NCBI GenBank assembly: GCA_964480675.1
Contig: CAYZPD010000002.1
Span: 172,538-236,537 of the forward strand
Length of the DNA: 64,000 nt
Direction of reading: 5' to 3'
DNA from: an uncultured Candidatus Saccharibacteria bacterium
GTDB taxonomy: Bacteria; Patescibacteriota; Saccharimonadia; Saccharimonadales; Saccharimonadaceae
Below are positions 1 through 10,070 of this stretch, one piece after another (the stretch's first letter is position 1; each line of letters starts with the position of its first letter). Both the position numbers and the translations under genes were made by a program. The notes beneath the pieces were generated by a model. That model was not told the origin of the DNA, did not search any database, and worked only from the letters and a program-made list of their open reading frames with translations.

Positions 1-276
1 AAACCTGCTGAATTTCCCTTTGTGATCCGAGGGGTAGCTCTCGATGCGCCGCCATATAGCTTTCACATCGTCCTCAGTCATTGGTGCTGTACAGATGATC
101 CAGCCAAAGACCTTCTCGAGATCATCCAAAGCGGGAAGCAACTTGCTTGAGTAGGTTGCACCAAATTTCCGCCCAAAGGACTGATGATAGAAATGCTCCA
201 AGGCATTCGTGAGGCATATCTCAGGCGTGAGCTCAACCTCTTCAACTTCATCTTTTACTTCACATGCTGCGGTCAC
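1..276 (-). CDS. hypothetical protein, truncated by left window edge (first ~92 codons visible)
   Basis: Minus-strand frame stays open to position 1, directly downstream of the pilB-like stop (TAG, 358-360) and in the same frame. Candidate GTG start at 274-276 with AGAGG 5 nt upstream. Absent from the ORF track because it has no in-window stop. No recognisable motif. Confidence 0.3.
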   Translation of the reverse strand, partial: MTAACEVKDEVEEVELTPEICLTNALEHFYHQSFGRKFGATYSSKLLPALDDLEKVFGWIICTAPMTEDDVKAIWRRIESYPSDHKGKFSRF

Positions 277-357
277 AGCAACCTCTTTCCGGTACGACGT
301 CCCTTCTGACGAGACGTTTTGTATGTTATAGCAATAAGTGTCGTTTCTGTCAATTTG

Positions 358-2025
358 CTAGATAGCGCGGTTGACTTCTTCGAGCGTAGTTTCACCCCGA
401 AGCGCCGCAAGTGTACCAGCTTGGATAAGCGTAATAAGATCTGCTGACTTTTTGGCCTCTGCCTCGATAGCCTCAGGGTTTGCATCGGCAATATCACCAC
501 GCAGGAAGGCCTGAATGTGTTGGTTGACCACCATTTGCTCCATCACGACAATACGCCCCTTGAAACCAAATGGCGCATCAGGATGCGGAGCCGGCTTGTA
601 GAGTTTGAAATTATTCAGGTCGATACCTTGCAGTCGTTCCGGAGAAACACCCTGAAGTGTTCGCTGTACCCAGTGTTTTGTCGCCTCATCAGGCTCATAG
701 GCCTCCTTTGACGGATCGTACAGCCGACGGACAAGACGCTGCGCAATAAGTAGTCGGATTGCAGAACTGAAGATCGGGTTGATGCCGATCATACCAATCA
801 TACGGCTAAAGGCCGCCGACGTAGAGTTAGCGTGGAATGAACTCAGCACCAAGTGACCGGTAATAGATGCCTGAATCGCCGTCTTGGCGGTATCGACGTC
901 ACGGATCTCACCAAGCATCACCACATCAGGGTCGAGACGCAGCACAGAACGCAAGCCATCGGCAAATGTCTGCCCGTGCGTCGTATCGATCGGAATCTGG
1001 GTGATACCACTGATGCCATACTCAATCGGATCCTCAAGTGTCAGGATTTTACGCTCAGTGGAGTTCAGAGCATTCAGCATGCTATAGAGAGTAGTTGACT
1101 TACCGGAACCAGTAGGACCGACCATCAACATCATACCGCGCGGGTGACGGGTAATTTCTCGAATTTCAGCCATTTCCTTGGGCGGAATACCAAGCAGGTC
1201 GAGGTTGAGCATGGATTCATCAAAGTTGAACAAACGCAGCACCGCATCCTGGCCGTACATACTCGGTACGGTTTCAATACGAATGTTCAGAAGGTGAGAG
1301 GCATTGCCACGGTGAATTTCCTTTTGGATGTGACCGGACTGCGATGTCTTAGCTGCAGATGAAATATTGGCGCGTGAGCCGATAGCACCCATCACAATAC
1401 GGTATTTGTCTTTGCTAATTTCTGCCACCGGGTGAAGCGCTCCATCGACACGCATACGAATACGAATGTACGTGCGCTGGTTTTCGACGTGAATGTCCGA
1501 TGCGCCGAGCTTATCTGCCTGATCGATCAGATAGTCGAGGATTTGATCAGAACCAACAGAGTTAAGTGTCTTGCTAACCTCAGCGATAGTGGTGCTGTCA
1601 CCGGTTTTTGCAATCGTAATGTCGTCATAAATAACCTTCTTTGGCGGGTCATAGCGATTCATGAGAACCATATAGCCGCTGTTAGTGATCAGGAATATCT
1701 GCGCTTCGCGACCCTGATCGCTATACTTTAGCTTCGTCTTCTCTATAACCGACTGTGGTGTGTTGCTTGTTGCACCAAAACGATACGGCTCATACTCTGA
1801 CCCGGCCTGCAGCGGCACCATGCGCCACTGATGCATTTCCTCGATGGTCATCATACCCTCGCGGACAAGGTCGAGTTTATCTTCGAATTCGCGAGAATCA
1901 AGATATGGCAAGCCTAAAATCGCCGCACGCGAGGCGGTTGACTTCTCTTCGTGATCTCGCCGCCCCTGCTGGATTTTATTTTCTTCGGCAAGTGCGTGCG
2001 AGTCTTCTTCTACGACATAAGCCAT
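358..2025 (-). CDS. pilB: type IV pilus assembly / type II secretion family ATPase (PilB/GspE)
   Basis: Track ORF 358..2064 (568 aa, TTG start). Walker A GPTGSGKST, plus LEDPIEY and VMLGEIRD motifs typical of GspE/PilB hexameric secretion ATPases. The first ATG at 2025 (MAYVVEED) is preferred over the upstream TTG. Confidence 0.9.
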   Translation of the reverse strand: MAYVVEEDSHALAEENKIQQGRRDHEEKSTASRAAILGLPYLDSREFEDKLDLVREGMMTIEEMHQWRMVPLQAGSEYEPYRFGATSNTPQSVIEKTKLKYSDQGREAQIFLITNSGYMVLMNRYDPPKKVIYDDITIAKTGDSTTIAEVSKTLNSVGSDQILDYLIDQADKLGASDIHVENQRTYIRIRMRVDGALHPVAEISKDKYRIVMGAIGSRANISSAAKTSQSGHIQKEIHRGNASHLLNIRIETVPSMYGQDAVLRLFNFDESMLNLDLLGIPPKEMAEIREITRHPRGMMLMVGPTGSGKSTTLYSMLNALNSTERKILTLEDPIEYGISGITQIPIDTTHGQTFADGLRSVLRLDPDVVMLGEIRDVDTAKTAIQASITGHLVLSSFHANSTSAAFSRMIGMIGINPIFSSAIRLLIAQRLVRRLYDPSKEAYEPDEATKHWVQRTLQGVSPERLQGIDLNNFKLYKPAPHPDAPFGFKGRIVVMEQMVVNQHIQAFLRGDIADANPEAIEAEAKKSADLITLIQAGTLAALRGETTLEEVNRAI

Positions 2026-2065
2026 ACTGCTTACGATAATACGCCTAACAGAGGCAACGTGCAAG

Positions 2066-2074
2066 TGTTACACT
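2066..2074 (+). promoter_or_regulatory. extended -10 box TGtTACACT, 6 nt upstream of the ATG at 2081 (leaderless-type start)
   Basis: Sequence reads gTGtTACACT-ggtatc-ATG. No Shine-Dalgarno lies between the box and the ATG. Confidence 0.4.
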
Positions 2075-2080
2075 GGTATC

Positions 2081-2581
2081 ATGCCGGAGATAATTGTGAT
2101 TGCTCACAATATCCGCTCGACGCATAATGTCGGGTCAATTTTTCGTACCGCCGAGGGCTTTGGCGTGAAGCGAATTATCCTGAGCGGCTATACTCCCTAT
2201 CCGAAATTACCCGCAGACTCACGCCTGCCGCACATAGCAGATAAATTAACTGACCAGATCCATAAAACGGCACTTGGTGCTGAAACCATGGTTCCGTTTG
2301 AATATCAGGAAAGTCCCGACCTGGCTAAGCTCAAAGAAGCTGGCTACCAGATCGTTGGACTTGAGCAAGATGAGTGTTCCGTCATGTTGCAGGACTATAA
2401 GACACCCGACAAAGTCGCTCTGCTCCTTGGCGAAGAAGTACACGGACTCACCCCAGAATTGCTTACACTCTGTGACGATCTGATAGAAATCCCGATGAAC
2501 GGACAAAAAGAATCATTCAATGTCAGCGTCGCGACAGGTATCGCGCTCTACGAACTTACTCGTCGTCCTTCTGCCTCTTAA
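2081..2581 (+). CDS. SpoU/TrmH-family RNA 2'-O-ribose methyltransferase
   Basis: 166 aa. N-terminal IRSTHNVGSIFRTAEGFG and C-terminal IPMNGQKESFNVSVATGIALYE match the SpoU_methylase (SPOUT knot) motifs. Confidence 0.85.
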   Translation: MPEIIVIAHNIRSTHNVGSIFRTAEGFGVKRIILSGYTPYPKLPADSRLPHIADKLTDQIHKTALGAETMVPFEYQESPDLAKLKEAGYQIVGLEQDECSVMLQDYKTPDKVALLLGEEVHGLTPELLTLCDDLIEIPMNGQKESFNVSVATGIALYELTRRPSAS

Positions 2582-3491
2582 CAAAACATTCTCCCCATTT
2601 TCCATCGGCGGATTTCCAGTGTCCAAGTATTTCGCGCACAGCGTTCTTTACCCGCTCCGCACTTTCGGGTGATTCAATACACTGGTATATGGACTTACCA
2701 TCGAGCAGCTTACAAGGCATGTACATAATATAAAGGGCTTGGGCTTCCCAAGTACCTGCAACAAGATTATCAATCGCTGACAACATGCCGTTACGCTCGG
2801 CCGTGGCACGGATTTTATTAATCCTTTCTTTCTGTAGCATGAATACACTTTTTGGCTCATCGCCGACATGTTTTGCAATAAAATCCAGAACCCAATACAC
2901 ATCTTCGTCAGTGAGGTTGTTCATTCCTTTACCACCATGACCTTCGTAGCCGGTCTCAGCGTAGGCAGCCATATGCAGCCGAGATGACGCCCGCACATAG
3001 CCAGTCGTACCGAGATACAGGCTCAGCGCCTCCGTGATCGTTTCACTTCCCACCCTATAGCTCATTGCTATCTCGAGTTGGCGGGTTTTATCGATTTCAC
3101 CCGGATATTTTCTGATATTATCAGGATACTTATTGTCCCTATCTATATATCTCCATTTTTCCTCGTCCCAGCCCCACACACGAAGCCCTATGCCAATGAG
3201 CCGACCGTTCTGTTTACGCACATCCAAGATTGGATAGTAACTACCATCAGAAGCCATAGCAAGTTGCTGGTCAGGCGTGGCGAGTAATTGCGCCATCGGT
3301 CCATGTGCAATTTCTGCGAGCAACTCATCTTTGTTACCTTCAAGTACAATATCGACAAAAGTGAGCGGTGAATTTGCTTCTTTTAGCTTTAATAGCTCGT
3401 CAGCGAGTGCAATACCATCAGCCTGTAGCTGCGAGAGCTCATGATCAAACTCATCTTGTGCTGGTTGTATTTCTGCTCGTGGTCGTTCCAT
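2556..3491 (-). CDS. hypothetical protein; C-terminus tentatively resembles the Xre/MbcA/ParS-type (DUF2384-like) antitoxin domain
   Basis: 311 aa. The C-terminal stretch LLDGKSIYQCIESPESAERVKNAVREILGH resembles the DUF2384 consensus (L.G.sP.e.i.s.eGaerV...L..i..G). The rest is unrecognised. It overlaps the SpoU 3' end convergently by 26 nt. Confidence 0.6.
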   Translation of the reverse strand: MERPRAEIQPAQDEFDHELSQLQADGIALADELLKLKEANSPLTFVDIVLEGNKDELLAEIAHGPMAQLLATPDQQLAMASDGSYYPILDVRKQNGRLIGIGLRVWGWDEEKWRYIDRDNKYPDNIRKYPGEIDKTRQLEIAMSYRVGSETITEALSLYLGTTGYVRASSRLHMAAYAETGYEGHGGKGMNNLTDEDVYWVLDFIAKHVGDEPKSVFMLQKERINKIRATAERNGMLSAIDNLVAGTWEAQALYIMYMPCKLLDGKSIYQCIESPESAERVKNAVREILGHWKSADGKWGECFVKRQKDDE

Positions 3492-3501
3492 ATTGTTCCC
3501 C

Positions 3502-3789
3502 TTACGCTCTACTCATCGGATCCCAAACAAACTGTTCGATGATCACATTCATTTCGTTTTGCACACTCTCAACGTCGGCAGCACTTGGTACAATCTGCCC
3601 CTCGCCCAACACCTCGGCACCCTCAGTTTCACAAATCATCCGGCCATTCTCGGCTAGTACGGTGATCTGCCACTTCAGCGCTTCGCGGCCGATTCTCTTG
3701 ATATGCGCCACACCAGCAAGACCATACGCTTCTACGCGCACTTCCGTCTCTCTGTCATATGCATCAAAATTGTGGTTTGCTTCAGTCAT
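3502..3789 (-). CDS. hypothetical small acidic protein (95 aa)
   Basis: Clean ORF 10 nt upstream of the 311-aa gene on the same strand, so probably co-transcribed. No recognisable motif. Confidence 0.55.
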   Translation of the reverse strand: MTEANHNFDAYDRETEVRVEAYGLAGVAHIKRIGREALKWQITVLAENGRMICETEGAEVLGEGQIVPSAADVESVQNEMNVIIEQFVWDPMSRA

Positions 3790-3857
3790 ATCTTGCTCCT
3801 TAGTCTCATCATAGAGCTAGCGACAGAGTTTCTCTAGTCAAGACTTTTTACCCTATA

Positions 3858-4526
3858 ATGGTGGGTATGTTGCATCATATCCAAAAAGCTATCATTGATG
3901 TGCTCGCTGGCAAAGATCCGGCTCGTTACGCCGACCTGAAGCCTGCCGACATGGACGGTAACCAGTTTACCTACCACCTGAAGCAGCTCATCACGGCAAA
4001 AATGGTTACCCAAAACGAGGATGGCACTTATTCACTTACCAAGACAGGGCAAACGTACCTTATACATCGCTACGAGGACTTAGACGAAGCAGCGCATACG
4101 ATATTTCTGGTTATTATCCGCCACGATAATAAACTGCTACTACGACAACGCCTTGTACAGCCATCACTTGGTACTGTCGGGTTTGTCCACGGCGAGCCCG
4201 TTGCAACCAAACCGCTCGAAGAATCAGTTGCAGAGCGCGTTAAGCTCAAAACAGGCCTTGATGTGACCGATATGACCGTTCACGGTAGCGGACTTATTCG
4301 TATACAGGCAAACGATCGTATCGAAAGCTTTTCCCACGCAATCATCGTGAGTACTACAGTGGCCAGCGAAGATCTGCCAGTAGCCCAAGATGCAACTGGT
4401 CGTAATTTCTGGGTAGATACAAGCACTCTCAACTCAATCGAACATTTACTACCAAGCTGCAACGATATATTACAAGGCTTAGATGACGGAACGCTCGGCT
4501 GGTTCAACCTCTCCTACACGCTATAG
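3858..4526 (+). CDS. winged-helix DNA-binding domain fused to a Nudix-fold domain with a degenerate Nudix box (putative ligand-sensing regulator)
   Basis: The N-terminus (HIQKAIIDVLAGKDPARYADL ... FTYHLKQLI ... YSLTKTG) looks like an ArsR/MarR-type wHTH. The C-terminal half has Nudix-like spacing (GFVHGEP...LEESVAERVKLKTGL) but lacks the REx2EE residues. Alternative start ATG 3867: TATAAT (3854-3859) overlaps the first ATG and lies 7 nt upstream of the second. Confidence 0.6.
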   Translation: MVGMLHHIQKAIIDVLAGKDPARYADLKPADMDGNQFTYHLKQLITAKMVTQNEDGTYSLTKTGQTYLIHRYEDLDEAAHTIFLVIIRHDNKLLLRQRLVQPSLGTVGFVHGEPVATKPLEESVAERVKLKTGLDVTDMTVHGSGLIRIQANDRIESFSHAIIVSTTVASEDLPVAQDATGRNFWVDTSTLNSIEHLLPSCNDILQGLDDGTLGWFNLSYTL

Positions 4527-4535
4527 TGCTATACT
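4527..4535 (+). promoter_or_regulatory. extended -10 box TGcTATACT, 6 nt upstream of the ATG at 4542
   Basis: Sequence reads TGcTATACT-agcgat-ATG immediately after the preceding stop codon. No SD is present. Confidence 0.4.
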
Positions 4536-4541
4536 AGCGAT

Positions 4542-4865
4542 ATGAACGGCATGCAAAAATTACTCGCTAAAATACCTGCAGCACTTTCGAGTACGCCATC
4601 TATATTTATCTTCATTTTTCTCTTTGTCTATCTGTTCGTCTTTGGTCTCATCGGACTGTGGGTTGACGCTATCAAACCGTCATCTGACATACAATTAATT
4701 TTTGGTAATTACACAAATGTCCTCAGCGCACTTGGTGCAGCACTCGCAGCAGGAGCCGGAGCAAAGCACACCAAGAATCTACGTGACTTGCACGACAAAC
4801 ACGATAAACTACAAGCATCTGTTGACGAACTGCATGCAAAAATCGACAAACTTGATCAGAAATAA
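4542..4865 (+). CDS. small membrane protein with C-terminal charged helix (107 aa)
   Basis: Hydrophobic segments IFIFIFLFVYLFVFGLIGLWV and ALGAALAAGAGA, followed by a charged C-terminal segment, LRDLHDKHDKLQASVDELHAKIDKLDQK, whose helical/coiled-coil character is inferred. Confidence 0.55.
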   Translation: MNGMQKLLAKIPAALSSTPSIFIFIFLFVYLFVFGLIGLWVDAIKPSSDIQLIFGNYTNVLSALGAALAAGAGAKHTKNLRDLHDKHDKLQASVDELHAKIDKLDQK

Positions 4866-7800
4866 TTACTTTACGACAACCGCGTCTTCACCCAGTATTT
4901 TAACGAGTGCTCCGACAAGTTGATCGGTACAATCAACATTAAACGGCAACTTGATGGCTGATTTTTTGTCTTGCCCTAGTACCAGCACAACACTATCCAT
5001 GCCCGGGTACAAACCGCATGATTGCTTAATTGCTTGGAGCGCTTCTTGATCATCAGGGTCTTTGACGTGTACATACAACATCTTTGGTTTTTGCACTTCC
5101 CTTGCAATCGGTTCGACAACAGTAACCGGCTGAGAAGCGGCGGCAGCTGCACTACCGGCACCACCCTTTGGTGAGCGTGATGCCGGGCGACGTGAAGCCT
5201 TAACACCGCCAGCTTTTGGTGCAAGCGGACCACCACCAGTCGGCTGATAATCCCGTAGTTCTTCGTCGGTTACAATCGAAATCGTGTCTGCCATCACCTT
5301 CACATCACTGCTCATATTACCTTCTCTATCGCGCGCATTCACGCTTCCCTCAATCTTGATCGCAACATCTTGGCGTAGTTTATCACCAACTTGCTGGTAG
5401 ACACTTGGAAACACGATAATCTCGCTGCCGCCAGTCTTATCTTCGATACCCACAAAGGCCATTTTGCTACCACTTTTTGTCACAATTGTTCGAACAGTCT
5501 CGATAAGTCCGCCAACAATGACTTTCTTGCCATCATGTTCCGGTTTGAGCGTACCTAGCGGTACGGTCTGCTCGGCAAAGTAATCGGCGTATTGATCGAG
5601 TGGATGAGCACTGATATATAGCCCCATAAGCTCACGTTCCCACATAAGCCGCTCTTTCTCGGTGTGTCGTGCCGGTGCAGCTTGTAGGCGAATAGTAGGT
5701 AGGATGGTACTTGCCGACTCACCAAGCAGTCCGAACAAATCAGTTTGGCCACTCGCAGCTTCTTTTTGTAATTTGCTGGCAAATCCTTGGATTGATTCGA
5801 GGTTAAAAAGCAGATCAGAACGATCAGCCAACTGATCAAATCCGCCCGTTTTGATGAGTGATTCCCACGCCTTTTTATTGAATTTGCTGGTGCTGACGCG
5901 CTTGGCAAAATCCTCAATACTTTCAAACTTGCCGTCCTCACGAGCACGGAGTACTTCCTCAACAGCACCCACACCCACGCCCTTAACAGCTGCCATGCCA
6001 AAACGAATTTGGTTCTTGCCCGGTACAACAGCAAATTCCACAAATGACTCGTTAACATCTGGTGGCAGTACTTTGATACCCATACGTTGTGACTCCGCAA
6101 TTTCAATAGCCAAACGATCAATATCATCCTCATCACTCGTCATAAGCGCTGCCATAAAAGCATCCGGATAGTGCGCCTTAAGGTACGCCGTCCAATATGC
6201 AATCAGCCCGTAACATGCCGAGTGAGATTTGTTGAATGCATAGTCGGCGAATCCGAGGATATCATTCCAGATTTTTTCGACAACTTCCTTTGGTACACCA
6301 TTCTCAACAGCACCGTCAATGAATTTCTGCCCCATCTTTTTCATAACTTCAGGAATTTTCTTACCGATACCTTTACGCAGTGTGTCTGCCTCACCACCGG
6401 TAAAGCCTGACATTTCCTTGCTCATTTGCATCACCTGCTCCTGATAGACAATCACACCATAGGTTGACTCGAGCGTGTTCTTTGTCAACTCGTGTTCATA
6501 GGTGACAGGCTCCAAACCGTTCTTACGCCTCACAAATGAATCGGTCAGTCCGGCTCCAAGCGGACCAGGTCGGTATAATGCACACATCGCAATAATGTCA
6601 TCAAAAACAGTCGGTTTAAGATCACGCAGATATCGCTTCATGCCGGCAGATTCAAGCTGGAAAACACCAGTGGTATCACCACGTTGCAAAAGTTCAAATG
6701 TTTTCGCATCATCCATTGGCAGTGTCGAAAGATCAATTTCCTTGCCATAGGACTTACGAATGATACGAAGCGTATTATTAATGACCGTTAAGTTAGAGAG
6801 TCCCAAAAAGTCCATTTTGAGCAAGCCAAGTTCTTCGACCGGACCCATGGGATACTGCGTCGAGACAACTTTCTTTTGCGCCATTTCGAGCGGCGCATAG
6901 TTTACGATGTCATCCGGCGCAATCACTACACCAGCCGCATGCACACCGTGACTACGAATTGTTCCCTCAAGGCGAATAGCATAATCTATCACTTCTTTGG
7001 ATGTCTGATTGCTTTCGTATTCAGCCTTTAGATCAGGATCATCCTTTATCGATTGACTAAGCGGAATGTGACGACCCTGCACGGGTGCTGGAATCATCTT
7101 GCTCAGGCGGTCGGCTTCAGCATAGGGGACTTGGAGTACACGAGCTACGTCGCGAACAGCAGCGCGGGCGGCCATTTTACCAAATGTCACGATATTTGCC
7201 ACGCGACTCTCGCCATACTTATCTGCGCAGTAGCGAATCACCTCATCGCGACGTGTGTCCTGAATATCGATGTCGATGTCGGGCATGCTAATACGGTCGG
7301 GATTCAGAAATCGCTCAAACAGCAGGTCATAATGCAGCGGATCAAGGTCAGTAATGTTCAGAGCATAGGCAACGATGGAACCGGCCGCCGAACCACGTCC
7401 AGGGCCAAAAATAATTCCTTGGTCTTTACCCCAGTTGATAAAGTCCTGAACGATGAGGAAGTAGCCGTTGTAGCCCATCTTATCAAGCACGCCAAATTCC
7501 ATGTCCAGCCGTTCGCGCTGCTCATCGCTAATCAACTTGCGCACATCATCAATCTTCATGGCCTTGGCTTCATCGAGTGTTTTGCCTAGATAGCGAACGG
7601 CCATACCTCGATACACAAGCTGATCTAGAAACTCCTTTTCACTCTCACCGTTTGGTGTCGGAAACTTTGGGATCAATATTTTGCCCAGTTCAATCTCGAC
7701 ATTGCATCTATCGGCAATTTTTTTAGTATTCAAAATCGCTTCAGGATTTGTTTTGCTCCAACGTTTGATGATTTCCTCTGGCTCTGTCACATGCAGCTCA

Positions 7801-8597
7801 AAGTCCTTGAGGCTCATACGATTCGTATCAGATAAGTACGCGCCCGTACCGACACATAGTAGAATCTCGTGCGCATCCTGATCGGCATGCGTTAAATAGT
7901 GACCATCGCTTGTAACAACACAGGGTATATCCAAGTCTTTCGCTAGCTTGTCTAAGTGCTTATTTATGCCAACCTGTACATCCCAAGCAGTCGGACTTTC
8001 CAAGTGACCATGGTCTTGCAATTCCAAATAGTAACGATCGCCAAAAACCGATTTATACCAACCGGCGATCTTTTTGGCCTCTTCGTAGTTATCAACTCGT
8101 AAATTTTCGCCTAACTCACCGCTGGCACAACCACTCAGAACAATCAGCCCTTCATTGTATTTCTCCAAAAGTTCATGGTCGATACGCGGCTTGTAGTAGA
8201 ATCCTTCCAGATTCGCAATTGTACTGAGCTGCATCAGGTTCTGGTAGCCTTTTTCGTTCATCGCAAGCAAGATCAAGTGATACCGAGCCTTGTCTTTCTG
8301 TGGATCACGATCGGTATGACTTCGAGCCGCCACATATGCTTCCATACCGATAATTGGTTTTACACCGGTATCTGTTGCTGACTTATAAAATTCAATAACA
8401 CCACTCATTGTGCCATGATCAGTAATAGCCACGGCCTGCATACCGTAATCTTTCACTTTACTGACGAGCGCGGGGATCTTCGTTAGGCCATCAAGAAGAG
8501 AGTGATGTGAGTGATTATGCAAGTGTACGTAATCTGACACATCCAAAGCCGCCCCTTTTTTATTTTCGGTTTTTGTCTCCCCCATAACTATATTCAT
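4866..8597 (-). CDS. dnaE: DNA polymerase III alpha subunit
   Basis: 1243 aa. Contains an N-terminal PHP domain ([13 protein letters not shown]), a polymerase core ([17 protein letters not shown]), an HhH region and an OB fold. A TATAAT box overlaps the first ATG, so Met5 at 8585 is an alternative start. Confidence 0.95.
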   Translation of the reverse strand: MNIVMGETKTENKKGAALDVSDYVHLHNHSHHSLLDGLTKIPALVSKVKDYGMQAVAITDHGTMSGVIEFYKSATDTGVKPIIGMEAYVAARSHTDRDPQKDKARYHLILLAMNEKGYQNLMQLSTIANLEGFYYKPRIDHELLEKYNEGLIVLSGCASGELGENLRVDNYEEAKKIAGWYKSVFGDRYYLELQDHGHLESPTAWDVQVGINKHLDKLAKDLDIPCVVTSDGHYLTHADQDAHEILLCVGTGAYLSDTNRMSLKDFELHVTEPEEIIKRWSKTNPEAILNTKKIADRCNVEIELGKILIPKFPTPNGESEKEFLDQLVYRGMAVRYLGKTLDEAKAMKIDDVRKLISDEQRERLDMEFGVLDKMGYNGYFLIVQDFINWGKDQGIIFGPGRGSAAGSIVAYALNITDLDPLHYDLLFERFLNPDRISMPDIDIDIQDTRRDEVIRYCADKYGESRVANIVTFGKMAARAAVRDVARVLQVPYAEADRLSKMIPAPVQGRHIPLSQSIKDDPDLKAEYESNQTSKEVIDYAIRLEGTIRSHGVHAAGVVIAPDDIVNYAPLEMAQKKVVSTQYPMGPVEELGLLKMDFLGLSNLTVINNTLRIIRKSYGKEIDLSTLPMDDAKTFELLQRGDTTGVFQLESAGMKRYLRDLKPTVFDDIIAMCALYRPGPLGAGLTDSFVRRKNGLEPVTYEHELTKNTLESTYGVIVYQEQVMQMSKEMSGFTGGEADTLRKGIGKKIPEVMKKMGQKFIDGAVENGVPKEVVEKIWNDILGFADYAFNKSHSACYGLIAYWTAYLKAHYPDAFMAALMTSDEDDIDRLAIEIAESQRMGIKVLPPDVNESFVEFAVVPGKNQIRFGMAAVKGVGVGAVEEVLRAREDGKFESIEDFAKRVSTSKFNKKAWESLIKTGGFDQLADRSDLLFNLESIQGFASKLQKEAASGQTDLFGLLGESASTILPTIRLQAAPARHTEKERLMWERELMGLYISAHPLDQYADYFAEQTVPLGTLKPEHDGKKVIVGGLIETVRTIVTKSGSKMAFVGIEDKTGGSEIIVFPSVYQQVGDKLRQDVAIKIEGSVNARDREGNMSSDVKVMADTISIVTDEELRDYQPTGGGPLAPKAGGVKASRRPASRSPKGGAGSAAAAASQPVTVVEPIAREVQKPKMLYVHVKDPDDQEALQAIKQSCGLYPGMDSVVLVLGQDKKSAIKLPFNVDCTDQLVGALVKILGEDAVVVK

Positions 8598-8677
8598 TAT
8601 AGCAGTTCTCTTATGTCTTTTATGTCAAAAACAATGTGTTTTACCTTCTGGTCAATCGGTGGTATAGTGGCATAACC

Positions 8678-9304
8678 ATGTCGGATTTCGAATCATCCTA
8701 TAATTTCGAAAATATTGATCCTGCCGACTTTATCGAGCCGACTCCTGAGACTCGCGCTCTCCTTGCAGATGTTGTGCAATCTCTCAAGCAACTTGTAGCC
8801 CCTGTTGTAGTGACACCAGATCAGATTCTCGGAGATTACGGTGCAGAAGTACTTGAAGCTTTGTCACTCAAGCAAGAAGATCTCAGTCCTATAACAGCTT
8901 ATTACTATGACCAAATGAGTGATCCATTATTTAGCATGGAGGAGCCGACCTACTTAGCGTTTAAGATATTGAATGGTGAACCTGGGACATTTGAAAACTG
9001 GGAGTGTATTTTTGGTGAGGCAGTAATTACAGCGCTCTATTACCAAAACGAAACCGATAATTTAGATATAAACTACTCTCTGAGATTTTCCGATGAGAGC
9101 TTATATATCACGCAACCGACGCATGCAATAGTTGATGAACTTGACTTAGAGAATCTAGAGGAAATCAAACAAGAAATCGAAGAACAATTGAATGATAAGA
9201 TGGCTGAAGCCTATGATAATGGCGCAACCCAGCCGACAGACGGTGGTATGCGTAAACTTATCGAGGGACTCAAGCAAGAAATTGCGAAACGAATCACAGA
9301 ATAA
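8678..9304 (+). CDS. hypothetical acidic protein
   Basis: The track ORF starts at 8636. The ATG at 8678 (MSDFESS) is preferred because TTTACC-17-TATAGT (8640-8668) lies 9 nt upstream of it. No recognisable domain. Confidence 0.6.
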   Translation: MSDFESSYNFENIDPADFIEPTPETRALLADVVQSLKQLVAPVVVTPDQILGDYGAEVLEALSLKQEDLSPITAYYYDQMSDPLFSMEEPTYLAFKILNGEPGTFENWECIFGEAVITALYYQNETDNLDINYSLRFSDESLYITQPTHAIVDELDLENLEEIKQEIEEQLNDKMAEAYDNGATQPTDGGMRKLIEGLKQEIAKRITE

Positions 9305-9306
9305 AG

Positions 9307-9606
9307 CTATTTACTCTGGCGTGACTCAAGCTGGTTCTGCGCTTGTTGTACGGCGTCTCCAATGCCTGGAATCTGTACAAAGAAGCTGAGAATCCATACG
9401 ATAAGCGCAACGACAACAGTCGCACCAAGCACACTGCCAAGTCCAAAAAAGACACCACGAAAGAAGTTTACCTTGTATATCTTGCGGCGATCATTGTAGT
9501 AGTCATTGAACATTTCTTCCATCAATGCACGTCGTGCGCCCATGCGCTGATCCCGGAAAAATCGCTTTAGGAGCGACAATCGCTTTTCGTGTTCAACTTC
9601 TGCCAT
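9307..9606 (-). CDS. small membrane protein (99 aa)
   Basis: Charged N-terminal half, then the TM segment FFGLGSVLGATVVVALIVWILSFF. It is first in a run of three small membrane-protein genes on the same strand. Confidence 0.55.
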   Translation of the reverse strand: MAEVEHEKRLSLLKRFFRDQRMGARRALMEEMFNDYYNDRRKIYKVNFFRGVFFGLGSVLGATVVVALIVWILSFFVQIPGIGDAVQQAQNQLESRQSK

Positions 9607-9607
9607 A

Positions 9608-9793
9608 TTACTTTTTTGCTTTCGCGTTTTTTGTGACTCGCTTCGTCTTAGCAGTTGTTTTCTTTTTTAGGCTATTCGCTGTCTTTTTGATATCATTTCG
9701 TGTCTCTTTGCCACTCTTTGGAGCCATTAGAACACCCGCAACAACCCCTGCAACTGCGCCCACAACTGCGCCAAATGCTAATTTTTTGCCCAT
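9608..9793 (-). CDS. YtxH-like small membrane protein (61 aa)
   Basis: GAVVGAVAGVVAGVLMAPKSGKETR matches the YtxH-domain signature (Gly-zipper TM followed by APKSGKETR). Confidence 0.65.
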   Translation of the reverse strand: MGKKLAFGAVVGAVAGVVAGVLMAPKSGKETRNDIKKTANSLKKKTTAKTKRVTKNAKAKK

Positions 9794-9795
9794 TT

Positions 9796-10056
9796 TTATA
9801 CATCCTCCGGTTTCTTCGTTTTCTTTATTTTTTTTACTTGTCCAAGTATTGCTTTTGTCAGCATGCTCGCACCGGCAAATTTCCGTGCATTCGATACTAA
9901 TCCTTCTATATCAACCGCGGTTCGCTTGGCCGACTCGGTCACTGATTTGATCTGTAGTGTTACCCTGATGAGCAGCACCACAAGAACAATACCCAGAATC
10001 AGAAATAGTGCGAGAAAGATTGATAGGATGATGACGAGTACGTATGCCCAGTCCAT
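9796..10056 (-). CDS. small membrane protein, DUF948-like (tentative)
   Basis: N-terminal TM VLVIILSIFLALFLILGIVLVVLLI followed by a helical segment. Pairing with a YtxH gene is a familiar arrangement in Gram-positive genomes. Confidence 0.5.
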   Translation of the reverse strand: MDWAYVLVIILSIFLALFLILGIVLVVLLIRVTLQIKSVTESAKRTAVDIEGLVSNARKFAGASMLTKAILGQVKKIKKTKKPEDV

Positions 10057-10070
10057 ATGTTTATATTACA

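Noticed and set aside
3790-3857. Short inverted repeat TAGAG...CTCTA in the divergent promoter region between the 95-aa gene and the wHTH-Nudix gene, considered as a possible operator.
   Set aside because: The arms are only 5 bp long, which is easily expected by chance in 68 bp. It is mentioned only as context for the neighbouring finding.
4866-5200. DnaE C-terminal Gly/Ala/Pro/Arg-rich linker plus a ~85-aa globular tail, possibly a novel appended domain.
   Set aside because: DnaE proteins vary in length (about 1100-1250 aa), and many carry a C-terminal tau/clamp-interaction region after the OB fold. Without an alignment I cannot claim this one is unusual.
7053-7589. Long antisense ORFs inside well-supported genes. 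Examples: 7053..7589 and 5555..6136 in dnaE, 11912..12466 in gatB, 13380..13781 in gatA, 29513..30211 across tkt/rpe, 41311..41871 and 40365..40889 in cyoB, 59096..59593 in the antiporter, and 44108..44335 in pheT.
   Set aside because: Each lies wholly within, and opposite to or out of frame with, a gene whose protein motifs are unambiguous. Their translations are low-complexity or Arg/Ser/Cys-rich with no motifs, start signals or terminators. They are most simply explained as chance ORFs.
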